A stretch of 64,000 nt of DNA. Origin: a virus. Taxonomy: Duplodnaviria > Heunggongvirae > Uroviricota > Caudoviricetes. The stretch is from positions 9,787 through 73,786 of IMG/VR virus record IMGVR_UViG_3300015214_000024, one strand, 5' to 3'. Below the pieces are notes generated by a model that saw nothing but the letters and a program-made list of their open reading frames with translations, ran no database searches and was not told the origin of the DNA. Shown piece after piece: positions 35,059-44,513 of the stretch; the first letter of the stretch is position 1, and each line of letters begins with the position of its first letter. The translations under genes were made by a program, and so were the position numbers.

Positions 35059-35488
35059 AAGTCTCCTGTATATGCTTTAAATTTGGAATCTGGTCGCTTG
35101 GCCAACAAGGCTCAAGGGTGAAATCAATTACTTCTTGGGGGGTTCTCAGTCGTGCTACAATGTCCTCCCAAAAATATTCTTTAGCCCTACGCCGGCTCAT
35201 TACAATAACATCAGGTATGTATTTGTCACTACCATATCGAAATTGAGTTGCGGTAACATCAATAACGTGGTGTTGAGTCATCACAAATGCGTGTTGGCCA
35301 CCAGGAATTTTTGAGATAGCCACATACGCATTGATTGATTCTTCCTGGAGGCGATGGAGAATGTAAGTAGATGCCCAAGCGCAAGCCCCACAAAAGTCTT
35401 TACCAAAATTACTACGACTGAGATTTCTTTCAATCCAACTACGCCCCTTCATCGCAGCAATGTTGACTTTTGAACGCACCTCTGACAC
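35045..35488 (-). CDS. hypothetical protein (147 aa)
   Basis: ORF. Confidence 0.5.
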   Translation of the reverse strand: MSEVRSKVNIAAMKGRSWIERNLSRSNFGKDFCGACAWASTYILHRLQEESINAYVAISKIPGGQHAFVMTQHHVIDVTATQFRYGSDKYIPDVIVMSRRRAKEYFWEDIVARLRTPQEVIDFTLEPCWPSDQIPNLKHIQETYENF

Positions 35489-35780
35489 TTTTCATCCTCG
35501 CTAAAGAACGTTGAAACCATACCAAATCGGATTTGTGGTACATAAGCAAATGTTTGGAAACTGTCAACGCCAAGTTAATGTTTTTCTGAACTTTTGACAC
35601 AGTTTCATCATCAAAGACTGTTAGAAATTCGTCAGCCATCTGAGCAACTGGTTCCCTGTTCACACAGCATTTGAACACAAACGAGTCTGGATCAATTTTC
35701 ATATCCCACGTGATGAGAATGGGCATATCCTGACGAAGGATATTGTAGAACAGGGGTCGGTTGATAGTCTTACTAATCAT
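35439..35780 (-). CDS. hypothetical protein (113 aa)
   Basis: ATGA coupling with upstream gene. Confidence 0.45.
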   Translation of the reverse strand: MISKTINRPLFYNILRQDMPILITWDMKIDPDSFVFKCCVNREPVAQMADEFLTVFDDETVSKVQKNINLALTVSKHLLMYHKSDLVWFQRSLARMKSVRGAFKSQHCCDEGA

Positions 35781-36160
35781 TTCAGGATATGGAAAAGAAC
35801 AGCGCCGCTATCAATTGCGTCATTCACAGTCTTTTCATCCATTACTGCACTGTCTTCGAACCAGTGTTCCGTTGCACCAGTTTCTTCAGAAGTCCAAGAT
35901 GCATTATTAGTTACTTCAAATGGGCCGTAGAAATTGATTATTGACCCAGAATCATACGCACTGATGGGAGTTTCTTTTTTATAACGTTCCCTCAATCCAT
36001 AGCAGTAGGCCAGCAATTCTTCTTTAGTATCTCGGGTGATGACTTCAGTCTCATTAAATTCATTGACAGAATGATAGCGCGAGTCTGAGTTCTCACGAAC
36101 ATTAACCAGCACAGTAATCATCATCCAAGATGTTGTGCGAGTCACGCAAACTGTGACCAA
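35777..36160 (-). CDS. hypothetical protein (127 aa)
   Basis: ORF. Confidence 0.5.
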   Translation of the reverse strand: MVTVCVTRTTSWMMITVLVNVRENSDSRYHSVNEFNETEVITRDTKEELLAYCYGLRERYKKETPISAYDSGSIINFYGPFEVTNNASWTSEETGATEHWFEDSAVMDEKTVNDAIDSGAVLFHILK

Positions 36161-36408
36161 TTTTCGTCAATGTATGATTTGATATCATAGGGAGTGACTA
36201 CGTGGCGTTCGATCGGATTGCGAGGATAGCCCATCAATTCGCTGGTAGTGATCTCAATAGATTTGCGAATATCTTTGATAATCACAACAAACCCATCAGT
36301 CATCCAGAACAGTTCTCGGCCATTGACTTCAATAGACCTGTATCCTTTGGGCTTTTTCATCCGGTTCAGGTTAGGATCATCACCACGAACTTTACGACGT
36401 TTTTCCAT
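36142..36408 (-). CDS. hypothetical protein (88 aa)
   Basis: ORF. Confidence 0.45.
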   Translation of the reverse strand: MEKRRKVRGDDPNLNRMKKPKGYRSIEVNGRELFWMTDGFVVIIKDIRKSIEITTSELMGYPRNPIERHVVTPYDIKSYIDENWSQFA

Positions 36409-36409
36409 T

Positions 36410-36760
36410 TCACTTCCTTATATAAGTTGGCTTCGGTGAAGTCGGTTTCACATATTCCCACTTACCTAAAAGGCCAGGAACACTTGCTACTTTTTTCTCC
36501 ACATATGGCGCCGCCAACAAGTCATATTCACCATTAGCACCATATCGGTTCGGATTCAACCAAAAAGCTGATGGATTTTCAAGATATAGTTCTTTTTCTC
36601 GTTGATCATCAGCAGCCGTCCAGAGATCAGGTAGTGCTGGAGTTGGGGAGGATTTAAGCTCTGTCTCTAAAGTGTCCGCAATATTGAGCAATGGCAACAA
36701 ATAGGATAAAGCGAGAGATCCTATAACCACTGCGGTGAATATAAAAACGAACGTAAGCAC
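36410..36760 (-). CDS. hypothetical protein with N-terminal TM/signal (116 aa)
   Basis: hydrophobic N-terminus. Confidence 0.5.
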   Translation of the reverse strand: MLTFVFIFTAVVIGSLALSYLLPLLNIADTLETELKSSPTPALPDLWTAADDQREKELYLENPSAFWLNPNRYGANGEYDLLAAPYVEKKVASVPGLLGKWEYVKPTSPKPTYIRK

Positions 36761-36866
36761 AAGATCCTCATAAAAAAGGACATTTTCATCAACCCCTCCC
36801 TCCTTGAGGGGTCAGCGACCTGTATGTCCAAACGCAAACTTGATTTATTATATTTGGATCACCGTG

Positions 36867-37415
36867 TCAAGCACAAATCGTCATAGCCATCTTTTGATCT
36901 TCAGATAGTGTTTGGTGGAATGACGAGGGCATAACTGGACCTATACCAGCCATAATGATTTTGTAAATCAATTCGTCGTCATATTTGATCAAAGTCGACA
37001 CTCGTTCAAAATACAGCATCTCACTTTGGATCTTGTAAGCAACCATATCTGGATCGTGTGACCAATTTGTCAAGAATTGCTCAAGAGCCCACCGAGCAAC
37101 TACAGGACATTGAAGAATCCTGGATCCAAGAAAATGAGATGAGCTTAAATTATATTCGTGAATCAAATCCAAAGGAGGGAAACGGCAATAGAGGATAGGG
37201 TTAGTGTCCAAAGGACGTAATGCGCTCCTGGTGCCGTTCACGGTGCGATGTTCCCAGCACTCCAAGGCGTGCTTGAGCAGGTGGCGGTGCTCATTATCCT
37301 TGTAGATGGCAAGCATATATGGATGTAGTTCAACATCCTTCAGTTTTTCACGCATACCAACCATTAGAATATTCCCGCCTTCTGTAACATACTGTTCCAC
37401 TGATCTTCGACCCAT
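36867..37415 (-). CDS. hypothetical protein (182 aa)
   Basis: ORF. Confidence 0.5.
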   Translation of the reverse strand: MGRRSVEQYVTEGGNILMVGMREKLKDVELHPYMLAIYKDNEHRHLLKHALECWEHRTVNGTRSALRPLDTNPILYCRFPPLDLIHEYNLSSSHFLGSRILQCPVVARWALEQFLTNWSHDPDMVAYKIQSEMLYFERVSTLIKYDDELIYKIIMAGIGPVMPSSFHQTLSEDQKMAMTICA

Positions 37416-37696
37416 TTCTGGATTTCAGTGTAGTCACCAAGCATAGCTGCGGTGCCGATTCGTTTATATGCGACAGGATTGCCAAGATATGTGGCAAAGT
37501 TTTTGCGGGTTTTAATCACAGCAGACGTGGCAGAAAGTTCATTGAAGTGGCGATCACCGCCTTCATCGTAAAAGAATGATGCATTGATCCACCCAATACG
37601 AAAATCTTTGACCCAAGCTTCAAAGATCAGAGTTTCATAAAGGGCGCGATCGCCCTTTTGGGTCTTAGCAGGTAACGCCTTCCAATGAATCTTCAC
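37364..37696 (-). CDS. hypothetical protein (110 aa)
   Basis: ORF. Confidence 0.45.
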   Translation of the reverse strand: MKIHWKALPAKTQKGDRALYETLIFEAWVKDFRIGWINASFFYDEGGDRHFNELSATSAVIKTRKNFATYLGNPVAYKRIGTAAMLGDYTEIQKWVEDQWNSMLQKAGIF

Positions 37697-37714
37697 TGCT
37701 ACGTTTTCCTAAAT

Positions 37715-37797
37715 TGGTGCCCCTGGCCGGACTCGAACCAGCACTCCGAAGAATTCGATTTTGAGTCGAACGCGTCTACCAATTTCACCACAGGGGC
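37715..37797 (-). tRNA. tRNA-Leu (anticodon CAA), long variable arm
   Basis: acceptor GCCCCTG/CAGGGGC, anticodon arm TTCGA-CUCAAAA-TCGAA, T-loop TTCGAGT, CCA encoded. Confidence 0.8.
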
Positions 37798-37840
37798 TCT
37801 GTGTCTGTTGTCCCCATATTAGTTGAACAGGGAGCATCAG

Positions 37841-38566
37841 TCAACCAAATTCTTTAAGCGTTTCCTCAATGTATTCAAGGGCATTGACTCGTTGCTTTTG
37901 TGAACGGCGAGTCATAAAATCAACCATATCGCCAGTATATTCCAATCCATATGCCGCAGAGAACGCTTCATCGCTTTCATAGCGATCACGCTGTTTGTAC
38001 ATATCAGCCAAATACTGTGCATCTTTTTGAGGCTTGTCTGAAGGGTAAGCGCCCCAATATCGGTTACTGTCCGGGGACAAAAACCAATCACGGCATTTAC
38101 CATAATACCAAACAGCAGCGTTAACCCACTCGTCTCCAGCAACCTTGCGAAAATTTGGAAACCAAATGGCTGAGTATTGCTTTTGGAAATTTGGATACGG
38201 TGTCCATCGGCAATAGCTACATTCCATCCAATGTTTGACTTCCGGATGCTCGTCGCGTTCCCAATCGCCAACAGTAATAGATTCACCTTCCCCAATGGGG
38301 AAATCGCCAATCATTCTGACCTCAAGGTAGCCATAATAGGCCTGCTCGCCATTACAGAATCGAATGGCCCGCTCTCGATCAAATTGGTGAGCTTTGAGTT
38401 CAGCTGCCAGTTCATCTTCATCCCGGATGCCATTACCAATGACATTGAAGAACTGGTCATAGACCCGAAGCTTCGCTTCATCAAAAGTCTTGGCCGAATA
38501 CAATGAAGGATATTGATCCACACGGGCCAACACCATTTCCTCAGGTGTAAAAATCTTCCTTGCCAT
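37841..38566 (-). CDS. hypothetical protein (241 aa)
   Basis: TGATG coupling with upstream small ORF. Confidence 0.6.
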   Translation of the reverse strand: MARKIFTPEEMVLARVDQYPSLYSAKTFDEAKLRVYDQFFNVIGNGIRDEDELAAELKAHQFDRERAIRFCNGEQAYYGYLEVRMIGDFPIGEGESITVGDWERDEHPEVKHWMECSYCRWTPYPNFQKQYSAIWFPNFRKVAGDEWVNAAVWYYGKCRDWFLSPDSNRYWGAYPSDKPQKDAQYLADMYKQRDRYESDEAFSAAYGLEYTGDMVDFMTRRSQKQRVNALEYIEETLKEFG

Positions 38567-38745
38567 CAGAGTTCCTTGATAAAGACGCGGTGGCAGCAAA
38601 TGTCCAACTTAGGGCTGAACATTGCATTGACCCAAGCAGCACGGGCAAGCTCATAAGTCTCGAATGGACCATAATGCTCTTCAGTGCCTGGCTCCAGGTC
38701 TTTGAATTCCGTCGATGTATAAATTCCGCCTTCGACGATATACAT
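38566..38745 (-). CDS. hypothetical small protein (59 aa) not in ORF track
   Basis: GAGGA RBS 8 nt upstream; MYIVEGGIYTSTEFKDLEPG... Confidence 0.45.
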   Translation of the reverse strand: MYIVEGGIYTSTEFKDLEPGTEEHYGPFETYELARAAWVNAMFSPKLDICCHRVFIKEL

Positions 38746-38746
38746 T

Positions 38747-38974
38747 TCAATTCCTCTTTTTCAGTCGGACATCAAGCTGGCGAAGATTTCGCCGGCGGCG
38801 GAAAGGACGAGTGAGCTTTTCATAAACGTAGGCCAGGAGGATCAAACAAAATCCACCAACTGCGGCGGCGATCAATGCAAGCATCCCAAGCAGTATGACC
38901 CACAGCGGCCACGTAATATAAACTGCTATGATCACAACAGCAATTGCAATAACAGTCGTCGGGTCCATCAACAA
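38747..38974 (-). CDS. small 2-TM membrane protein, holin candidate
   Basis: 75 aa, two TM helices, charged C-terminus, directly downstream of endolysin. Confidence 0.5.
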   Translation of the reverse strand: MLMDPTTVIAIAVVIIAVYITWPLWVILLGMLALIAAAVGGFCLILLAYVYEKLTRPFRRRRNLRQLDVRLKKRN

Positions 38975-39021
38975 TTCCTTTCAACGACGGAACTATATGA
39001 TAGCCAGCACCTTGTCAACGG

Positions 39022-39504
39022 TTATCTTTTGAAGATGTGAGCGCCAATAATTGCAGTAGTCTGCCGATGGCGACCAAGATTTGGTGAAACTCGTCGATTG
39101 TGAAAATACAATGCGCCGTTGGATGGGTCATCGTACTTAGCTGATAAAATTTGACGAGCAAGTGCAATACTGCGGGCCCAAGCAACTGGATTCAATTTAA
39201 CGCCGCGGCGCACTGATGGTTGTATCCACGAGAATTGGCTACGTTGAAAGACAACTCCGCATACTGTTGACGGGAATTGTGGATTTTCAACTCGATTCAT
39301 CACAACAGCACCAACAGCCAGACGGCCTTGCTCGCTCTCGCCTCGGGCTTCATAATAAATCACGCAAGCCATACAGGACAAATCATTTCCTGTATTATAT
39401 GGACAATCTCTAAAAACTAATGTGTTATCTACTTCTTGCGCAAACGCGGACGTCGACGCAAACAACATTAAGATTGCCATCATTGTTGAAATGATGGTTC
39501 TCAT
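39022..39504 (-). CDS. secreted cell wall hydrolase, SleB/CwlJ family (endolysin candidate)
   Basis: AAGGAG RBS; signal peptide; CMACVIYYEARGE...AVGAVVMNR family signature. Confidence 0.7.
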   Translation of the reverse strand: MRTIISTMMAILMLFASTSAFAQEVDNTLVFRDCPYNTGNDLSCMACVIYYEARGESEQGRLAVGAVVMNRVENPQFPSTVCGVVFQRSQFSWIQPSVRRGVKLNPVAWARSIALARQILSAKYDDPSNGALYFHNRRVSPNLGRHRQTTAIIGAHIFKR

Positions 39505-39885
39505 AATTCTTTCTCCTTTTCTCAAAGGACGAAGATAGCTAAACGCCAGCAAGACAGAGTCTTACTGGGTTGAAAGGCCTATATTCAAACGCTTTGATGA
39601 AGGAGAATTCCTTCTACGAACGGATCCCGGACAAGCCGGTCAGGAGAGTTCAAGTCCTATGACACTTCAGTGTTCCGCACGATTTCTTGGTTGTAAGGGC
39701 TAACCCTAACTGGCTGTCTATCAGTTACCTGTTAGACAATTGCGTTTTCATCGCCAAGCAATCTATGTTTCATCCTTAGTTGTTTCGGTAACAGTTATAT
39801 TTATACGATATTGACGTGAGTTAGTCAAGTAGATATTGCGTCGCAGCAAATAGGATCAAACATTCGAACGTTAAATCAGCACGGT

Positions 39886-40452
39886 CTATCTTTTCTTTTT
39901 TTGCTTCTTATCCAAAATGCGAGCCATACGGGCATTTCGATATTCTTTCAGGTGAGTAACTTCTTCACCCAGCCAGAATGGAATTCGTATAAACCGATCA
40001 GGCTTATCGAGCTCAATCTCAGCTAATGCCAGGCCTTTAAACTCTGGATTAAGGAACTCATCAACTTCCCAAGCGAATCGTCGCTCTTCACCATATGTGA
40101 TGCGATGACGATTTTTAATCAATGCCGGAGTGGTAAGAGTGCGGTCTTTGGCCAAAAACTTGAAAGACTTTTTATCAATCTTTTCTTCAAGCTCAATTGA
40201 AGTGCGATCATCAATCCGCTTCTTCATAGTCTGATAATAATGGTAAACTTCTTCACCATTGAGCCACTCTTTGATCTGGCGCACACGGATTGCCCAATCA
40301 CCAGTCTTTTTTAGATAGTGTTGAGTTATTTCCGTTGTGATCCAGATCTCACCGTGCTGGCCATCATAAAGGTCGCTGTTAGTATTGGTCGCCTGTATCA
40401 GGTAATCAATATCAACGTTGACCTTAAATTTGCGTTCGATTTCGTGACTCAT
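39886..40452 (-). CDS. CYTH (CyaB/thiamine triphosphatase-like triphosphate tunnel) domain protein
   Basis: N-terminal HEIERKFKV (ExExK) signature. Confidence 0.6.
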   Translation of the reverse strand: MSHEIERKFKVNVDIDYLIQATNTNSDLYDGQHGEIWITTEITQHYLKKTGDWAIRVRQIKEWLNGEEVYHYYQTMKKRIDDRTSIELEEKIDKKSFKFLAKDRTLTTPALIKNRHRITYGEERRFAWEVDEFLNPEFKGLALAEIELDKPDRFIRIPFWLGEEVTHLKEYRNARMARILDKKQKKKR

Positions 40453-40817
40453 CTTGTAATCTTCCACCAAATCCGACCCGGGGCCATCCAAAGTTCAGCC
40501 ACCACAACCAATACAAGCCAAGTTACAGACCCGGCTGCAATTGACATAAGAATGCAGTAGAACGGATTGATCATAAAGCCCGCAATGCCATAAGAGAAAA
40601 CAATCCCTAATAGCCAAAAGACCACACAGGCCCCATAAAGTGTAAACACTCTAACGAAAAACTTAATCAGGATGGCAGCACCGAAGATATAAACGAATGC
40701 CATCAACCAGGAGGGGTCAAAGTTATCCAGTTCCTCCCAATGGATTTGTGGGATAGGATCAGCCTGCGACACTGTCGCGTGATGCTGTTCAACCCGGGGT
40801 ATCTGATATTCAGTCAT
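40449..40817 (-). CDS. membrane protein (3-4 TM), 122 aa
   Basis: ATGA coupling to CYTH gene. Confidence 0.5.
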   Translation of the reverse strand: MTEYQIPRVEQHHATVSQADPIPQIHWEELDNFDPSWLMAFVYIFGAAILIKFFVRVFTLYGACVVFWLLGIVFSYGIAGFMINPFYCILMSIAAGSVTWLVLVVVAELWMAPGRIWWKITR

Positions 40818-41082
40818 TGTGCTCTCGTATCTTGATAAAATCGATTACGACATCATCATACACGAAATCATCTGGGATGCCAATAGGAAAATTCAAACCA
40901 GATTTACGAATCAATTCCAGCTCTGCTTTAAGCTCTGCTCTATCTGTGAATTCGTAAACTTCCGGATCAAATGCATCTGGACGCCAAAAGGTCATCTCGT
41001 CAGCAGCCGGGTCACAATCAGAGCCTTCCCAGCCAGCGAAATAGTATTCTTCATTGCCATCATCAACGACAATAACGTACAT
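40810..41082 (-). CDS. hypothetical acidic protein (90 aa)
   Basis: AAGGA RBS before MYVIVVDD. Confidence 0.45.
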   Translation of the reverse strand: MYVIVVDDGNEEYYFAGWEGSDCDPAADEMTFWRPDAFDPEVYEFTDRAELKAELELIRKSGLNFPIGIPDDFVYDDVVIDFIKIREHND

Positions 41083-41113
41083 ACAGTTGCATCCTTTCAA
41101 TGAAAGAAGTAGC

Positions 41114-41392
41114 CTATTTCTCGTTGTCAGTCAAGTTACGAAGCCAAGGCGTCTCTAACATTTCAATTTCTTCTTCCATCCATTCCAAAAACTTATTTTG
41201 GTCAAAGGATGAATCAATGATTGCCAAGCCAGGTAACATATGCTTAATAAAATTAAGCAAGAAGCCCGCCTCGCGTTCTGTTTCTGTTGACTTAAAGAAG
41301 GATATGGCTACAACTTTAGCCAACTGTTTATAAAACTGATCGCCTTTGTCGCCAGAGGGCATCGTGTCGTGATGGATTTTATAATTACTCAC
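41114..41392 (-). CDS. hypothetical protein (92 aa)
   Basis: ORF. Confidence 0.45.
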   Translation of the reverse strand: MSNYKIHHDTMPSGDKGDQFYKQLAKVVAISFFKSTETEREAGFLLNFIKHMLPGLAIIDSSFDQNKFLEWMEEEIEMLETPWLRNLTDNEK

Positions 41393-41799
41393 GTGTGAAC
41401 CACCTTCTTAATTCCATAGTGATGGATCGCTGCTGCGCATCCAGTGCAAGGCTTGGCGGTGCCAATGTGTTCCATATCTTCACCAAAGACCCGTCCAACA
41501 TACAACGTCGCATTAACCAAATCTTCTGGATCATTGTTACGAAGAAAATTCACCAAACAATTGATTTCAGCGTGTTGAAAGATGGCATCTGGACGCCGGG
41601 CAAATCTCTTCTGCAAAGGATGGGTCTTGTACATATTTTGACCCATTGATACAACCCGGTTACCAATAACCAACAAAGCGCCCAGGCGTGCTCCACCCAC
41701 ACGCTCTCCAGCCCTTGCAAGCTGGAGAGCTTCATCAATGTACTTAGTGTCGCGTTGGTTCATATGTCGCACGGTAGACATTTTCATCACCATAGTCAA
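41389..41799 (-). CDS. CDA-fold nucleotide/nucleoside deaminase (dCMP/cytidine deaminase-like)
   Basis: HAEINCL ... PCTGCAAAI zinc-binding motifs. Confidence 0.65.
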   Translation of the reverse strand: MTMVMKMSTVRHMNQRDTKYIDEALQLARAGERVGGARLGALLVIGNRVVSMGQNMYKTHPLQKRFARRPDAIFQHAEINCLVNFLRNNDPEDLVNATLYVGRVFGEDMEHIGTAKPCTGCAAAIHHYGIKKVVHT

Positions 41800-42990
41800 T
41801 TACTGAAGTTCAGTCGTTTCACCCTTGCGTGTCAGATAATCAGGTGATACCATCTTAAGCATCTTGCGGCCAATGAAGCCAGTATCAGCATTGTCGTCAT
41901 CACGGATGACAATACCTTCCTTGAGAGTCTTACCGTCAATTGACGACTTGCCATCACGCAGTGTGATCAGGTCAGCATCACCATATCGGCCCTTGAACAG
42001 TAGCGGAACCGTTTCAACACCCAAGCTCTTGGTGACTTTTTCAAAATTCCGATATGAATCAACCTCGCCGTCAGACACTGTATCAAATGCCAGGAACTTC
42101 GGCGGAGTGCTGTAGCCAAGATCCTGAATGCCTTGGCCAAAAGTTTCGCCAAGAATCAGGAATGCTGATTCGTTTTCAGTCTCACCATACAGGTTAGCAA
42201 GCTGCTCAGAGGTTCGCGAATCAAGGAACGTCTTGAGCGACCTCATATAGAGATTCTTGGCCAAGTTCGTTTCGTTGGCCCTGAAGCAGAGCCCCTTAGA
42301 ACCAAGGCCCTTACTATATGCAGTAGCATACAAGGTGCCTTCCTCAGTCACAACTTCCAAGAAATCTTCACGCTTTTCAGTCGTAAAGATGAAACCGGTA
42401 AAAGTGCCGTGAAGCTTTTCAGTAATATTCACAATGTCGTCAGGGAAGAAGACATTTTCGAACTTCTGAGCATTTTCAATGTCGAACTTGTAGATGAGAT
42501 CATACGAATGACTGAACACTTCACCACCCATACTGGCTGGAATAGGCGGCTCATACTTCGTGATGCCAAGCTGTTCAGCAACGTCCCAGCCGATGCCCAC
42601 CTTGTGGATTTCGCCATCAGCCATACGCATCCACTTGCGGTAATGCGTACCAGTTTCTTCGTTAGTGATGCCACAGCAGGGATAGATAACACCCTGGCTC
42701 AAGATGCCGCGCAGCCGCATTGCCTTGATACGATCGCCGTTAGATCCGTTAAGACGGCCTTTGCCCTTCTCATCGTCCCAAAAATCCAACTCCTTGAGGA
42801 GCCATTCAGGAAGCACTGAGCCTTCCGGGATATATGCAACAGGATCACCATCCTTATAGCGATGGCTCCCATCTTCCAGCTTCGCGCTAATACACGTAAA
42901 GCCGTTGATATCAAGAAGGCTTAGCCTGTCAGCATTCGGATGATCACGAACGTTCTTGACCTGCTCAACCAGCACTTCAAACTTAGACAT
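41800..42990 (-). CDS. RNA ligase (Rnl2/PF09414 family) fused to N-terminal tRNA-binding (EMAP/Myf-like) domain
   Basis: N-term VEQVKNVRDHPNADRLSLLDI...MRLRGILSQG; ligase motifs I EKLHGT, III LILGETFG, IV EGIVIR, V KMLKMV. Confidence 0.7.
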   Translation of the reverse strand: MSKFEVLVEQVKNVRDHPNADRLSLLDINGFTCISAKLEDGSHRYKDGDPVAYIPEGSVLPEWLLKELDFWDDEKGKGRLNGSNGDRIKAMRLRGILSQGVIYPCCGITNEETGTHYRKWMRMADGEIHKVGIGWDVAEQLGITKYEPPIPASMGGEVFSHSYDLIYKFDIENAQKFENVFFPDDIVNITEKLHGTFTGFIFTTEKREDFLEVVTEEGTLYATAYSKGLGSKGLCFRANETNLAKNLYMRSLKTFLDSRTSEQLANLYGETENESAFLILGETFGQGIQDLGYSTPPKFLAFDTVSDGEVDSYRNFEKVTKSLGVETVPLLFKGRYGDADLITLRDGKSSIDGKTLKEGIVIRDDDNADTGFIGRKMLKMVSPDYLTRKGETTELQ

Positions 42991-43096
42991 ATAAACTCCT
43001 CAAATTTCCTGTCCGCTTATATATGAAGGAGTGGCAGTGTCAACCCAAAAAGTTTAGGCTTGACGGTTTTTTTCCACTTACGTAAAAGCAGGACCT

Positions 43097-43654
43097 ATGG
43101 TAATGCGTAATCCCTCCTTGGCTGCCAGAGCCCTTGCCCAACTAGTAGATGGGTGGTCCATCTACAGCCACGGCGAGCACCTTTCTGGACATCTCAGTTT
43201 GGCTGGGTTTGAAGTAGTTAACCACGGAAATTTTGCATCAGTGGTGAACGGTTTGCCTAATCAGGTAATCAAGATTTTTGGTTTGAATGATATTGGCTAT
43301 CAGCAGTTGCTTCACGAATTCATCCATAACAAATCAGATCATTATCCAGCAGTGTACTCTTTTACTACCAGCGGTAATTATGGCATCGTGGAAATGGAAA
43401 AGCTAACACACAACACTAAAACGGCTGTTGCTATTTCAAATTACGCAGATCGTCTGAAGAGCGGTTGCTCACTTAAAAGCCATAAATGGGGAATTACGTT
43501 CAAGGATGCAGTGTTGCATCTTGATATGAAAAGTAAAGAATACAATAAGAAGCTCAAAGCAGTACAGCTTCATTGGGATGGTCACGAAGACAATATTATG
43601 TTTCGTGGAACCATCCCTGTGTTGTGTGACGTATTCTATGGTGAAAAAAATTAA
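43097..43654 (+). CDS. small protein-kinase-fold protein (PK-like; substrate unknown)
   Basis: Gly-rich loop VNHGNFASVV, Lys in VIKIFG, catalytic HxDxxxxN (HWDGHEDN), DVF(Y)G. Confidence 0.45.
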   Translation: MVMRNPSLAARALAQLVDGWSIYSHGEHLSGHLSLAGFEVVNHGNFASVVNGLPNQVIKIFGLNDIGYQQLLHEFIHNKSDHYPAVYSFTTSGNYGIVEMEKLTHNTKTAVAISNYADRLKSGCSLKSHKWGITFKDAVLHLDMKSKEYNKKLKAVQLHWDGHEDNIMFRGTIPVLCDVFYGEKN

Positions 43655-44142
43655 TTAGCGATTTGGGTATGATACTTGTTTGCTACAAGATATAGTGAAC
43701 GAGCATAATCCATCAAGGTCACAATTGATTCGTTGGATATTTTAAAAGTTCCAAGACTTGAATTAAAAGCGTGTTCTGGTTCTTTAGCGTTGTGGTACAT
43801 ACCAGTCGATTGTTTGACTACTCTGTCAGGGATCTGTTTTGTTTTAACACTTTCAATATGCACTAAGAAATCTTCCAACATCCTTTTAACTAATTCTGGA
43901 TCAAGATCAAAACTTTCTTTCATAACTTGATCAGCAGCACTCTTGATTGCCTTGACTGGTATCGGCACCTTGACATTTAAAATATTGTTGATTTTATGGA
44001 TACCGGCGCGTGCAGCCTTAGTCTTAATTGCTTGAACCAAATTCTTCACACCTTGCTTTTTGGCAATAGGATCAGCAGCCCATTCAGATTCAGGTATGCT
44101 TGCACTTACGATTTTTGTCAATTCAACTAATGGGTGCTTCAT
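43651..44142 (-). CDS. hypothetical protein (163 aa)
   Basis: ORF. Confidence 0.5.
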   Translation of the reverse strand: MKHPLVELTKIVSASIPESEWAADPIAKKQGVKNLVQAIKTKAARAGIHKINNILNVKVPIPVKAIKSAADQVMKESFDLDPELVKRMLEDFLVHIESVKTKQIPDRVVKQSTGMYHNAKEPEHAFNSSLGTFKISNESIVTLMDYARSLYLVANKYHTQIAN

Positions 44143-44513
44143 TTTACAGTTCCTGCCTTTTAGTTTTATTTATTTTCACAAGATATAGTAAAAAACAGCC
44201 GATTTAAACACAATCAGTAGATTATCTACTACATTTAGTAGTATGACACTACATCTATGTACTACATATAGTAGTGGCTCAAATAATTAAAATTCTTGCA
44301 TTTTTCACGTATCGATACATAGGATTTTTGACATTTTTTACCACATACTATATGTTGTGGTGAATAGTGCTGATTCAACACGATATAGCACAAGATATAG
44401 TAGCTAGATCTAGTTTTTGGCTTATTTCAATTTTTTTTCGTCATATTAGAAAAATCTGTTGACTCGTTCCGGCATTCATATAGAAGGGCTTGGTAATCCA
44501 AGAAGGAATCAAA

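Noticed and set aside
38541-38750. 69-aa track ORF (minus)
   Set aside because: Wrong frame. A different minus-strand frame (38566..38745) has a proper RBS, TGATG coupling and protein-like composition, and was called instead.
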